Positions 10,778 through 20,499 of a stretch of DNA of 64,000 nt are shown here, in pieces; position 1 is the first letter of the stretch, and each line of letters begins with the position of its first letter. The stretch covers positions 128,001 through 192,000 of the forward strand of contig CBDVDR010000001.1 in assembly GCA_965372795.1 (NCBI GenBank), given 5' to 3'. Origin of the DNA: an uncultured bacterium. GTDB lineage: Bacteria > Zixibacteria > MSB-5A5 > GN15 > FEB-12. The position numbers were made by a program, and so were the translations under genes. Below the pieces are notes generated by a model. That model ran no database searches and was not told the origin of the DNA. It worked only from the letters and a program-made list of their open reading frames with translations.

Positions 10778-11761
10778 CTACTCCTTTCGTTTTCCCCCGT
10801 AATATCGACCATACGCCTTGATAATATCCTGTACCAGGCGATGACGAACGACATCCTTTTCTGTCAGATAGATAAACTCTATCCCGGGAATTCCCTTTAA
10901 AATTTTCTGAACCTTGACCAGTCCAGATTTTCCTTTATCCTCCAAGTCAATTTGGGTGATATCTCCTGTTATCACTGCTTTTGACTTTTCACCTATTCGA
11001 GTCAGAAACATTTTCATCTGAGCATTAGTCGTATTCTGAGCTTCATCAAGAACCACAAAGGCATCATTAAGAGTGCGTCCTCGCATAAAAGCAAGGGGTG
11101 CAATCTCAATGATTCCATGCTCTAACATTTTTTTTGTTTTTTCAGGTTGAATCATATCGTACAAAGCATCATAAACCGGTCGTAAGTAAGGGTCAACTTT
11201 TGCTCTGATATCTCCGGGTAAAAACCCCAATGATTCGCCAGCTTCCACCGCCGGACGAGTAAATACGATTCGTTCAACTTTCTTAGCCAGAAGTTCGGCT
11301 ACTGCCATGGCTACCGCCAAATATGTTTTTCCGGTTCCAGCCGGACCGATTGAGAATACAATATCCCGTTTGCTGACAGCTTCTACGTATTTAGTCTGAC
11401 CAATAGTTTTGGGCTTGATAGATTTTTTTAAGGCGTTGGTAAGAAGAGCCTCGGTTGAAATTTCATCAGCCGGTCCCCGACCATCTTCCTTAACCATATT
11501 AATAGCATAATTCAAATATTGTTCTGTTATAATGTCACCTTGCTTAATCCGTGTTACCAGATCATTAAGCAGCCTTGAAACCTGTTCGATATCTTTAGGC
11601 GGTCCTTCAATAGTAATTTTGTCACCCCGGGCAATTATGGTGCAATAAAAATTAGATTCAATAAGCCTTAGAAAAACATCATTCTGCCCGTAAAGAATCC
11701 GTTGATCGATTCCTTCCAGAGTAAAAGTGCGGCTGCCTTTTTCATCAACATTATAATTCAT
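10778..11761 (-). CDS. phoH: PhoH family ATPase
   Basis: GPAGTGKT, RPAVEAGESLGFLPG, MRGRTL, DEAQN. Confidence 0.95.
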   Translation of the reverse strand: MNYNVDEKGSRTFTLEGIDQRILYGQNDVFLRLIESNFYCTIIARGDKITIEGPPKDIEQVSRLLNDLVTRIKQGDIITEQYLNYAINMVKEDGRGPADEISTEALLTNALKKSIKPKTIGQTKYVEAVSKRDIVFSIGPAGTGKTYLAVAMAVAELLAKKVERIVFTRPAVEAGESLGFLPGDIRAKVDPYLRPVYDALYDMIQPEKTKKMLEHGIIEIAPLAFMRGRTLNDAFVVLDEAQNTTNAQMKMFLTRIGEKSKAVITGDITQIDLEDKGKSGLVKVQKILKGIPGIEFIYLTEKDVVRHRLVQDIIKAYGRYYGGKRKE

Positions 11762-11766
11762 TATTT

Positions 11767-13596
11767 CTATTCTTTTTTTGCTTCCTGTAATGATAAGCCT
11801 AACTCATTCAACTGATCACTATCAATCTCCGATGGTGATCCATCCATCAATGAAATTGCATTAGCTGTTTTCGGGAATGCTATAACATCCCGAATCGAAT
11901 CAGTTCCGGTCATAAGCGTGACCAGGCGATCCAATCCAGCTGCAATTCCGGCATGAGGCGGTGCGCCATATTCGAGGGCTCTTAACAAAAAGCCGAACAT
12001 TCGATCAGCACGGGCATCATCTATCCCCAAAATATTCAAAACCTTTTTTTGAAGTTCACTGCTGTTGATTCGCTGTCCTCCTGATGCTATTTCCCAGCCA
12101 TTGATTACCAGATCATACTGTGAAGCATGAGCTTTCCGCCACGGGTGATTAATATCCGTATGCGGTATCGTGGAATTGAGTCCTTCATCAATCATATGTA
12201 ATTCGCTTTCAAGCGGATGAGAAACGATATTATGCATAGCGCTGAAACTATCAGTTTCACTGTCATAATCAAACAGCGGAAATTCAGTTACCCAAATCAG
12301 GTTCCATTTATTAGTATCGATCAACTCATGTTTCCGTCCAAGATGTATACGAAGCTGACCTAAAATTGATTCTGTTTTATTCTTAGCATCAGAGATAATA
12401 AAAACAGCGTCTCCTTTTTCTACGGCAGCTGTTTCAATAATCTTTGCCATGACGGTATCGCCTATAAATTTCTTTATCGGCGACTTGTCTTCTGTCTCAG
12501 TTCTAAGGATATACGCCAATCCGCCGGCTCCGTGCTCTTTAGCAATAGCAGTCAGTTCATCGACATGTTTTCGAGAATACGATCCCCCGCCTTTGAGGGT
12601 CAGGCATTTTACTACTCCGCCTTTTTTAACATTGTCAGCAAATACTTTGAATTCACAATCAGAAACAATATCAGTGAGATCGACAATTTCCATATCAAAA
12701 CGTAAATCCGGTTTGTCAATTCCCCACCTGTTCATCACTTCATCATAGGTGTATCTTGGAAATGGGGTTTCAATATCAACATCCAGATTTTCTTTGTAAA
12801 CATGTTTCATTAATTTTTCCATAATTTCAAAAACATCTTCCGGAGTTGCAAACGACATCTCAAGATCAATTTGGGTATGCTCCGGTTGACGATCAGCCCG
12901 AAGGTCCTCATCCCGAAGACATCTTGCAATTTGGAAATATTTATCAAAACCGGCAACCATCAATATTTGTTTAAACAACTGGGGTGATTGCGGAAGAGCA
13001 TAAAATTTCCCCCAATGGACCCGGCTCGGAACCACATAATCACGGGCACCCTCAGGAGTAGATTTAATTAAAAGAGGTGTTTCAATCTCATAGAAATCCT
13101 GCCCGCTTAAATAATTTCTAACCGAAAGAGCTATTTCATGACGCTTTTTTATTCTTTCCTGCAATGGTTTTCTTCGCAAATCCAGAAAACGATATTCCAA
13201 CTTGAGCACATCCTTGGCATTGGATTCATCTTTAATTTCAAACGGAGGAGTTTTCGATTCAGCCAGAATATAAAATTCTTCAGAAACAATTTCTATCTCA
13301 CCGGTCGCCATATTTTTATTGATGGTGCCATCAGGGCGCGGGGAAACTTTACCTTTTACCGCGACAACAAATTCATGACGGGCACGATTTGCTTCGTTTA
13401 ACATATCTTTATCAAAAGTTTCAGGATTTACAACAATTTGAGTTATTCCATAACGATCTCTTAAATCAAGAAATAATAAGCCACCCAGATTTCTATATCC
13501 ATCAACCCAACCATTTAGACAGACCTTTTTACCATTTTGAGAAATTGTTAATTCACCGCAATTATGACTTCTTTTCAGTTCAGAATAAGGTTTCAC
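11767..13596 (-). CDS. aspS: Aspartate--tRNA ligase
   Basis: STPEGARDY, ALPQSPQLFKQ, GAPPHAG..GLDR, GAD insertion domain; GTG start at 13596 behind GAGGAG. Confidence 0.95.
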   Translation of the reverse strand: MKPYSELKRSHNCGELTISQNGKKVCLNGWVDGYRNLGGLLFLDLRDRYGITQIVVNPETFDKDMLNEANRARHEFVVAVKGKVSPRPDGTINKNMATGEIEIVSEEFYILAESKTPPFEIKDESNAKDVLKLEYRFLDLRRKPLQERIKKRHEIALSVRNYLSGQDFYEIETPLLIKSTPEGARDYVVPSRVHWGKFYALPQSPQLFKQILMVAGFDKYFQIARCLRDEDLRADRQPEHTQIDLEMSFATPEDVFEIMEKLMKHVYKENLDVDIETPFPRYTYDEVMNRWGIDKPDLRFDMEIVDLTDIVSDCEFKVFADNVKKGGVVKCLTLKGGGSYSRKHVDELTAIAKEHGAGGLAYILRTETEDKSPIKKFIGDTVMAKIIETAAVEKGDAVFIISDAKNKTESILGQLRIHLGRKHELIDTNKWNLIWVTEFPLFDYDSETDSFSAMHNIVSHPLESELHMIDEGLNSTIPHTDINHPWRKAHASQYDLVINGWEIASGGQRINSSELQKKVLNILGIDDARADRMFGFLLRALEYGAPPHAGIAAGLDRLVTLMTGTDSIRDVIAFPKTANAISLMDGSPSEIDSDQLNELGLSLQEAKKE

Positions 13597-13885
13597 GTAT
13601 CTCCTCGCTAACTGTTTGTTATCTATATAATTATCGGCAGAATAAGCCTGCCGGTAAACCAAAAATATTGATTGGTTATCAATTTAATATTACCCCAAAA
13701 TAATTGATATGTCAAGTAAGCTAATTCAGGACTCATGTTGTCCTATTAAATCGATTTTTTGAGGTCTGATTGTATTTTATTTTCTATCCTAAATCATCAA
13801 TTATTTACTCTCTGTTTAAATATTTTCTATTTAGTGCATGTGATGTGACTGGGTATTTACGACGATCATGAAACTCGCCAAGCCG

Positions 13886-13913
13886 TTGACATTAGTAGAA
13901 ATTCGTGTATACT
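13886..13913 (+). promoter_or_regulatory. Sigma70-type promoter of the EIIA gene
   Basis: TTGACA-N16-TATACT. Confidence 0.6.
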
Positions 13914-13946
13914 GACTAAATTAACTGAATTAGGATACCGATAGTA

Positions 13947-14450
13947 ATGAGTATGAATCTGGCCCGATATTTAAATGAAGATGTGATAAAGCTTGAAATG
14001 AGCAGTATCGTTGAGCCATTAGAGGATGGCGCCTCAGTCGTTCGCTGGCGTCAAAATGGCAAGGAAATAATATTGGATGAGCTTGTGACATTGATTGAAA
14101 ACGGTTACAGAATTGGCAACCGCACAAAATTTCTAACCGATTTTATCAATCGTGAAAAAAAAGCTACAACCGGAATCGGTTACGGTATTGCAATCCCTCA
14201 TATTCGCTCCATGCAGGCAAAAAATTTCATGCTTGGTTTTGCCCGTTCATCTTCAGGCTATGATTTCGACTCGCTTGACGGTGAAAAATCTCATCTATTT
14301 TTTATTATGGCTGCCCCGCCTTATGAGGATAATCTTTATTTAAAAGCCTTTAAAGCTCTATCTCAAATTGTGCAGTATGAATCGGTTCGGGATGAATTAT
14401 TGTCGGTTAAATCCCCCGGAGAGGTTATCAGAATACTAAGATCATTCTAA
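13947..14450 (+). CDS. PTS EIIA type-2 domain protein (fructose/Ntr family)
   Basis: RE...TTGIGYGIAIPH with phospho-His, FDSLDG. Confidence 0.88.
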   Translation: MSMNLARYLNEDVIKLEMSSIVEPLEDGASVVRWRQNGKEIILDELVTLIENGYRIGNRTKFLTDFINREKKATTGIGYGIAIPHIRSMQAKNFMLGFARSSSGYDFDSLDGEKSHLFFIMAAPPYEDNLYLKAFKALSQIVQYESVRDELLSVKSPGEVIRILRSF

Positions 14451-14466
14451 GTTAAGTTATAGATAC

Positions 14467-14501
14467 AAAAAAAAGGCGAGGATTATTCCCCGCCTTTTTT
14501 T
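14467..14501. terminator. Bidirectional intrinsic terminator
   Basis: A-run-GGCG...CGCC-T-run between convergent genes. Confidence 0.8.
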
Positions 14502-14516
14502 ATTGAGATATTTTAA

Positions 14517-17500
14517 TTAAGGACAGGCTGGCAGAAGCGGACCTCCGCCGAATAAATAATCAACGAAATAAGTAATATCAGATATTCCGATCTCTTCCAA
14601 TTCATCACCATTAAAATTAGCTTCTTCAATGCAGACCGGTTCCTGACCCATGTTAAACAAGTAATCTACCATAAAGGTTAAATCAGAAATATTCGCATCG
14701 TCATCAATATCATTATTAGCATTGCCCCGATCTCCAAGACAACATCCAGATGATGGTGTAAAGAAGGATAAAGTATTTGAAGACCAAACCTCGGCACTGC
14801 TTTGATCGACAGCTTTTACTTTCCAGAAAATTTGCAGGTCAGGATTCAACGGTGATCCAAAAGTATAAGTCGTATCGGGTAACAATAAATATTCTTCATA
14901 AGAATTAAAAAATTCATCTTCAGAAATCCAAACTGTATATAGAATAAAATCAGAAGGATCATTATCACTTGAAGAATTCCATGTCAAAACCGGAAACTCG
15001 GTCTCAACAGTAGACTCATTCAATGGTGAAACCAGTGCAAATCCGCTCGGAAGTTGATTGACTGCATTTATAAAGAAAATTCGATTCTCAGAATATTCAG
15101 AATATTCATAACCATCATAAACTCTGACTCTCCAAAAATATTGCGCATCTTCGGTTAAAGTCTGATCGACTACCCACGATGTATTTGTCGGTCCTTTTGT
15201 AATTCCAACAGCAGAGGCGACCAGAGTAACCATGCCGGCATCAGAATAAACTTCGAACTCATAGGTCACATCATCTCCATCAGGATCATTTATATTTTCA
15301 GCTCTCAAAGTCGGAGTGTCAAACTCGACCAATTCATTTTGATCCGGTGCAAGAAGTTCACCAATCTCAGGTGGAACATTCATATGGAAACTCTGTGAGT
15401 TCCAGTCTGACCAGGTGACACCGTTGAAGACTCTTACCTGAAAAACATAATCAGCCCCATCCATTAACGGGGTACCGGAATACACAATACTGGTGTCATT
15501 TCCGGCAATTAGTCCTGAAGACCAATAATTATCACTATTACTGCAAAGCGACCCGGTGCCCACTTTGACCTCATATTGTGTAATTGAATTTATAGTCGTG
15601 TCCAAAATCGCCCATGAAAATTCAGGCGTATGATTAATAACATTTAAGTTTGAAACCTCATCTTTGAGATCAATCGCGGTAATCGCAGGATTTAACGACT
15701 CAACACTGTTATTAAAGAAATTCATCACTCTACCAAAAAACTCAGGACGTGTGATCTTATTCTGAAAAGCATATTCACTGGAAATTGCTTCAAATCCAAA
15801 ACTCATCAAAAACAGTTTATAGGTCCCCGTATAACTTAATCCGGTAACCCCGCCTGCTGCGATATTAAAATCTGCAATCGAACCATTAATTGTTGTCATC
15901 GACTGCATCTCAGTTTGATTTTGAGCGGCATCAAAAAGGATAGTAGCACCATCGCCAATCGGTGATCCGGGCAGACCATTATGAACCGGAGAAAATACCG
16001 TTGAGTTGTATTCAGCTTTCAAATAATTATTTAAAAAGGTCGGATCAGAGGAATTGAGCTGACTAATAAAAGATTGACCCGTCATGAACAGGTTGCCGCT
16101 ATTATCAAGAAATAGCTCAAGAGCAGTTATATCGGAAGCTGAAATCATATTAGGTCGTTCATCACCGACAAACCAGATGACCGTTTCATAATTATTTAAA
16201 TCTATGCCGCTTGGAGAACCGGAAACTGATTTATCCCATAAATCAAACGGCAGACTTTGGTTGTATAGTTCAGTTGTATAATAATTTTCATAACTGCCGC
16301 CGTTGTCATCATCAACCAATAAAATTTGTGGGACACCGATATTTAAGGCTAGACTAAAAGTATCAACTGCAATCGGATTATCTGAAGTTACGACAAGGAA
16401 AAAAGAATCAATGCAAGGTTCAAAATCAACAGGTATTGTAAAAACAATCGGATTGACTGATGAGCTATTCCCACTACTGCCGCCTTCAGCAGAAATTGTA
16501 CCGATATTCACCGAAGGTATATCAAAATTTATCGACAAATTATCTGCAAACATAGCACCGACAACATTAGTTACTTCTGCCCATTGATTAGTTAAAACAA
16601 ATTCAAATGTAATCGATTCACCCGGTTCGGCATTATCATCGCCGTTACCTAACTCTGAATCAGAAAACGACCAGTATTGTAAATTTAATTTTGGTCGGGA
16701 ATAATTAATATCAAAATTAGCATACATAAGAGTATCAGGTAGAGAAATATCCCAGACCGCAGTCTTGGTTTGATTATTTATATAATTTTGGGTGTTCGGA
16801 TTTGTTAAATCATCAAAATGGTCTTTACCGTTATAGGGCCACACATCTCCGGAGTTACCGCTGGAAGTGCCATACTCAAGTTCAAAAAGCCCATCAGCTT
16901 GTTCAATAGCTACCAGCTTGCGCCATTCATTCGAATTACCCCATTGAGTTTCATCAATGTGCATTATCTGGAGTCCCGAGGTAGGAATGCCTTTATCATT
17001 TCCACCCTTCATTCTATTCTCAATAATAAAATACTCTGGACCATAAATGCCATCTTTCCAAAGAGCATAAGCAACCGGATTATAAAGAGAAGTTGGAATT
17101 TCGACATCAATCATATTGGAAGTCACTTCGGTTAGAGTTATAAATCCAAGCTCTTTTTTGCACCAGGCATCCATAAACGACGGATAGGTCCCGCCATAAT
17201 TCCAACTGCCGCCAGCCATTAGCGACCAGTCACCAATTCCTGATGAGGAATAATCGGTATCATACAGATCCGGAAGTCCAATAAAATGACCATATTCATG
17301 TGCATAAACGCCCATTGTCGTAAAACCACCACCACTTGATTCTTCAGGTTCAGAGGTATACGAACTAATATTCACTCCATCAAGATATAAATTATTATAC
17401 ATGCCCCAGGCATGTGACCAGATTTGATTATCACTGCCGGTAGATTCAGCTCCCGGGCCGGCATGGACGATAAAGACACCATCAACATAACCGTTGTTGT

Positions 17501-18104
17501 CCCCATCAAACTGAGAAAAATCTACATCCGGGTTGGCAAGCATAACAGCATCCTCTGCCATCTTTTGAGCATTTCGAGGATAATTACCAAAACCGTTCTG
17601 TCCATCGACATAATACTCATAGGTTTGAGGTAAGCGATACCAGCCGGCGACAACTCCTTTGATGAAAAATCCATCATAGGAATTATCCATATAAAATTCT
17701 GTCATTGAGTAAGTATTATCAAACTCACTGGTAGAAAATAATAGTCGTTCAAAATCAGATTTTGTTGCTGAAAAGTTTGCCGTTGAAGGGTTCGTTGAAA
17801 AATCAGCCAATATTACAAGCACAGAAAAAGTGTCTGTCACTCCCGCTGTCAAACTAAAAGGCTGGTCCAAAGATGCTTTGTTGGCGGAAATACTTGGGTT
17901 GGGTTTATCCAATCCTCGTGATCGGGCATCTCTTATACGATCAGAAATCTCCTGAAGCTTACCGGACTCTCTTAATTGTTCAATAATATCCGGACTTGCA
18001 GATACAGCATAACTCGTTGAATAAGAGAAGATTACAAATAGCATTGTAATGAGTGAACATAAAAAAACGTGAGGGTTTTTACGAACTACAAAATTGGTTG
18101 TCAA
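14517..18104 (-). CDS. Secreted M6 family (immune inhibitor A-like) metalloprotease with Ig/FnIII-like domains and C-terminal dockerin-like domain
   Basis: HAGPG, IWSH, HEYGHFIGLPDLYD, WSLMAGGSW, EYFIIENR; C-terminal CCLGDRGN..NISDLTFMVDYLF repeat; TTG start behind AAGGAG. Confidence 0.9.
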   Translation of the reverse strand: MTTNFVVRKNPHVFLCSLITMLFVIFSYSTSYAVSASPDIIEQLRESGKLQEISDRIRDARSRGLDKPNPSISANKASLDQPFSLTAGVTDTFSVLVILADFSTNPSTANFSATKSDFERLLFSTSEFDNTYSMTEFYMDNSYDGFFIKGVVAGWYRLPQTYEYYVDGQNGFGNYPRNAQKMAEDAVMLANPDVDFSQFDGDNNGYVDGVFIVHAGPGAESTGSDNQIWSHAWGMYNNLYLDGVNISSYTSEPEESSGGGFTTMGVYAHEYGHFIGLPDLYDTDYSSSGIGDWSLMAGGSWNYGGTYPSFMDAWCKKELGFITLTEVTSNMIDVEIPTSLYNPVAYALWKDGIYGPEYFIIENRMKGGNDKGIPTSGLQIMHIDETQWGNSNEWRKLVAIEQADGLFELEYGTSSGNSGDVWPYNGKDHFDDLTNPNTQNYINNQTKTAVWDISLPDTLMYANFDINYSRPKLNLQYWSFSDSELGNGDDNAEPGESITFEFVLTNQWAEVTNVVGAMFADNLSINFDIPSVNIGTISAEGGSSGNSSSVNPIVFTIPVDFEPCIDSFFLVVTSDNPIAVDTFSLALNIGVPQILLVDDDNGGSYENYYTTELYNQSLPFDLWDKSVSGSPSGIDLNNYETVIWFVGDERPNMISASDITALELFLDNSGNLFMTGQSFISQLNSSDPTFLNNYLKAEYNSTVFSPVHNGLPGSPIGDGATILFDAAQNQTEMQSMTTINGSIADFNIAAGGVTGLSYTGTYKLFLMSFGFEAISSEYAFQNKITRPEFFGRVMNFFNNSVESLNPAITAIDLKDEVSNLNVINHTPEFSWAILDTTINSITQYEVKVGTGSLCSNSDNYWSSGLIAGNDTSIVYSGTPLMDGADYVFQVRVFNGVTWSDWNSQSFHMNVPPEIGELLAPDQNELVEFDTPTLRAENINDPDGDDVTYEFEVYSDAGMVTLVASAVGITKGPTNTSWVVDQTLTEDAQYFWRVRVYDGYEYSEYSENRIFFINAVNQLPSGFALVSPLNESTVETEFPVLTWNSSSDNDPSDFILYTVWISEDEFFNSYEEYLLLPDTTYTFGSPLNPDLQIFWKVKAVDQSSAEVWSSNTLSFFTPSSGCCLGDRGNANNDIDDDANISDLTFMVDYLFNMGQEPVCIEEANFNGDELEEIGISDITYFVDYLFGGGPLLPACP

Positions 18105-18307
18105 TTTACTCTCCTTTTGGTGTAAAAAAGTAGACAACACCAAAATATATCAATTTACACATTTGTCAATTATATAATCTATAACAATAGATATCGCAAA
18201 ATGTGCCTCAGAACTTGATTAACTTTTTTAAATAAATATATCCATTCAACTACGAAGCTTTGCTTTATTGAATACTTTATAGATCAACATATCTTATTAT
18301 AAACCAT

Positions 18308-18456
18308 CTACGCTTTTTCTGTCAGATAAACACCTAATAGAAGCAACATCCCCCCATGGCGGCTTTTAGACCAAACTGTTCGCCCAAATATGGAACGGCA
18401 AGGCTCGTTGTTGCCAACGGTTCGATACCAGCAACCTGACCGAGATCATACATCAT
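18308..18456 (-). pseudogene. Frameshifted C-terminal remnant of a second EamA/DMT gene
   Basis: Translates to IEPLATTSLAVPYLGEQFGLKAAMG / MLLLLGVYLTEKA* across a G6 run, matching the neighbouring EamA C-terminus IEPL...GVYVSEK. Confidence 0.6.
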
Positions 18457-19342
18457 GTTCCTCAACTTTTATTTTACCAAATTTCTCTGAGACATAGACT
18501 CCCGCGATGATCAACGCCGCACCAAGTATCAGCCAAATTGTCAACGATTCATCAAGAATAATCCAGGCTCCAATCATTGTAATAAGAGGTTCGATATAAA
18601 GATAAACTCCCACCTCGGCTGCTGTTTGTCGTTTTAATCCCTCAGACCATAACCAGAAGGCTATTGCCAAACAGAAAATACCCAAAAACAAAAGTGATAC
18701 GGTAGTGTTGGTTTGCAAATTTAAAAATTTCTCATATCCGGAAGTATAAAAAGTATAAGGTACAAAAATCAACCCGGCCACAGCCGTCATATAAAATGTT
18801 GCTACCAATGGATGGACTCGGGAGGTTATCTCACGGGTACCTATTGTATAAAATGCCCAGGTAACACATGAGCCCAAAATAATTACATCACCCCTTGAGT
18901 TGATCCAGGCAAGATTACTGGCATCCCCATTATAGGTTAATCCAAACACCCCGACACAAGCCAACCCTAAACCAAGCCATTGAGGAATTGTAAATTTTTC
19001 TTTGAGATATACCCACCCCAATATTGCTATAAAAATTGGAGCAGTGGTCAAAATCAAGGCAGTGTTTGAGGCCGAAGTTTCCTGCATCCCGGTTGCCATC
19101 ACCCAAAAGTGTAAAAACACCATAAAGGATGCAAATAACAGCTTCCCCTTCATTTCAAGAGGCCAAAGGCGAAGCCCTTTTAATTTTATTATTAAAAATA
19201 GTACCGGGGCAGCAAGTAGAAAACGCATCGAGACCATCTCTACCGGACTAAGTTCAGTCAGAACAACTTTTATTGCAATAAATGACAGTCCCCAAAAGAG
19301 AACCGGTAAAATCAAAAATGAAGATGCACGATTCACAGGCAA
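18446..19342 (-). CDS. DMT/EamA family transporter
   Basis: About 10 TM helices, FWGLSF, two EamA repeats, IEPL motif. Confidence 0.92.
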   Translation of the reverse strand: MPVNRASSFLILPVLFWGLSFIAIKVVLTELSPVEMVSMRFLLAAPVLFLIIKLKGLRLWPLEMKGKLLFASFMVFLHFWVMATGMQETSASNTALILTTAPIFIAILGWVYLKEKFTIPQWLGLGLACVGVFGLTYNGDASNLAWINSRGDVIILGSCVTWAFYTIGTREITSRVHPLVATFYMTAVAGLIFVPYTFYTSGYEKFLNLQTNTTVSLLFLGIFCLAIAFWLWSEGLKRQTAAEVGVYLYIEPLITMIGAWIILDESLTIWLILGAALIIAGVYVSEKFGKIKVEEHDV

Positions 19343-19344
19343 AG

Positions 19345-19390
19345 CCTGTTTAACAGGTTTAACCTGTTTGATAGGTTTAACCTGTTTGAT
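19345..19390. repeat. 18-bp tandem repeat (2.5 copies)
   Basis: CCTGTTTAACAGGTTTAA / CCTGTTTGATAGGTTTAA / CCTGTTTGAT. Confidence 0.85.
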
Positions 19391-19496
19391 TTATATATGA
19401 TAAATTTTGACATATTGAGAATAAATGACGGTTAAGATTAAAAGGCAAGAAGTGTTTAACTATTCAATTTTATATTATCGAAACCACAATTCTAAA

Positions 19497-20399
19497 TTAC
19501 TTTTTTAAAGACGATACCTGTACATTTCCATATTCAGAAGTAATAAAAGATTTACATTCGTGACAAATTGTAACTTGAAGATTTATGAAAGTATTAATCG
19601 GGCTTCCGTTTTGAATAGCGGCTTCAAAAATAGATCGTTTATAAATCGCTCGTTTGACAGCCTGCCCAAACCCTTTATCTTCGGGAAATTCCCTGATGAT
19701 TTTTATGTCATTCCAATTTGAAATATACCCGGTATGGAAAATCATGAATTCAACTTCTACAAACCCCGTATCGTCCTCTGATGCCAAAGCTGGCCAGCTC
19801 GGTGATCCAAGTTTCATAATAGCCGGGCGGTTTAAAAGAAAATCACCATAATATCCGTTTTCCATTATCTCCCAGTCATTTCTATATGGTGGCAAAAATG
19901 GTTGGTCGCTGGGAAGTCCAAAATCACCATCAGTGAAACCATATCCAAAAGTGTTTCCATCCTCTTCACCAATGTTTTCAGATGATAATGATAAGTCGGA
20001 TATAAAACTAATTTCGGTTGATAAATTACTAACCGATGTGGAAATATTATTAAAAACCGGCAATGGAAAATCATGAACAATGCGAACTTTCCCTAAATAG
20101 CCGTTTGCAAAACTTATATCATGTTTGTTTTGATTATAATTAGACTGATTTGGAATATTGTATAGTTTACTTTTTTTCTCAACGGCAAACGGCACTCCCC
20201 GATCTCCCCCCACAATCATATTTGAATTTATTCTAATCAAATCATCCTCAAGCCCGATTGATATCGTGGCAATGATACCCCCCATAACTAACAACAGAAC
20301 CGAGACACAACTCAACGCCTTGAGCAGGTTCGGTTGATATGATTTTTTATGGTCGTGCAAATGTTGAATAATTGTGTTCGGGCAATATTCTTTTCCCAT
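19497..20399 (-). CDS. Divergent TonB-family energy transducer-like protein
   Basis: N-terminal TM helix; C-terminal 'PSWP..A...GFVEVEF.I...G.....IIRE.P...GFGQAV..A...F..A..NG.P' resembling TonB_C. Confidence 0.65.
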   Translation of the reverse strand: MGKEYCPNTIIQHLHDHKKSYQPNLLKALSCVSVLLLVMGGIIATISIGLEDDLIRINSNMIVGGDRGVPFAVEKKSKLYNIPNQSNYNQNKHDISFANGYLGKVRIVHDFPLPVFNNISTSVSNLSTEISFISDLSLSSENIGEEDGNTFGYGFTDGDFGLPSDQPFLPPYRNDWEIMENGYYGDFLLNRPAIMKLGSPSWPALASEDDTGFVEVEFMIFHTGYISNWNDIKIIREFPEDKGFGQAVKRAIYKRSIFEAAIQNGSPINTFINLQVTICHECKSFITSEYGNVQVSSLKK

Positions 20400-20445
20400 A
20401 TTTAAATAAACGTATTAAGGCTCTTTTTTGCAAATTTTTAATTAT

Positions 20446-20478
20446 AAAAAAACCTCCGACAGAAATCTGCCGGAGGTT
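20446..20478 (-). terminator. Intrinsic terminator of the 20500..21000 gene
   Basis: AACCTCCG...CGGAGGTT hairpin with T-run on the minus strand. Confidence 0.75.
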
Positions 20479-20499
20479 AAATTATAATTCAATAATATT

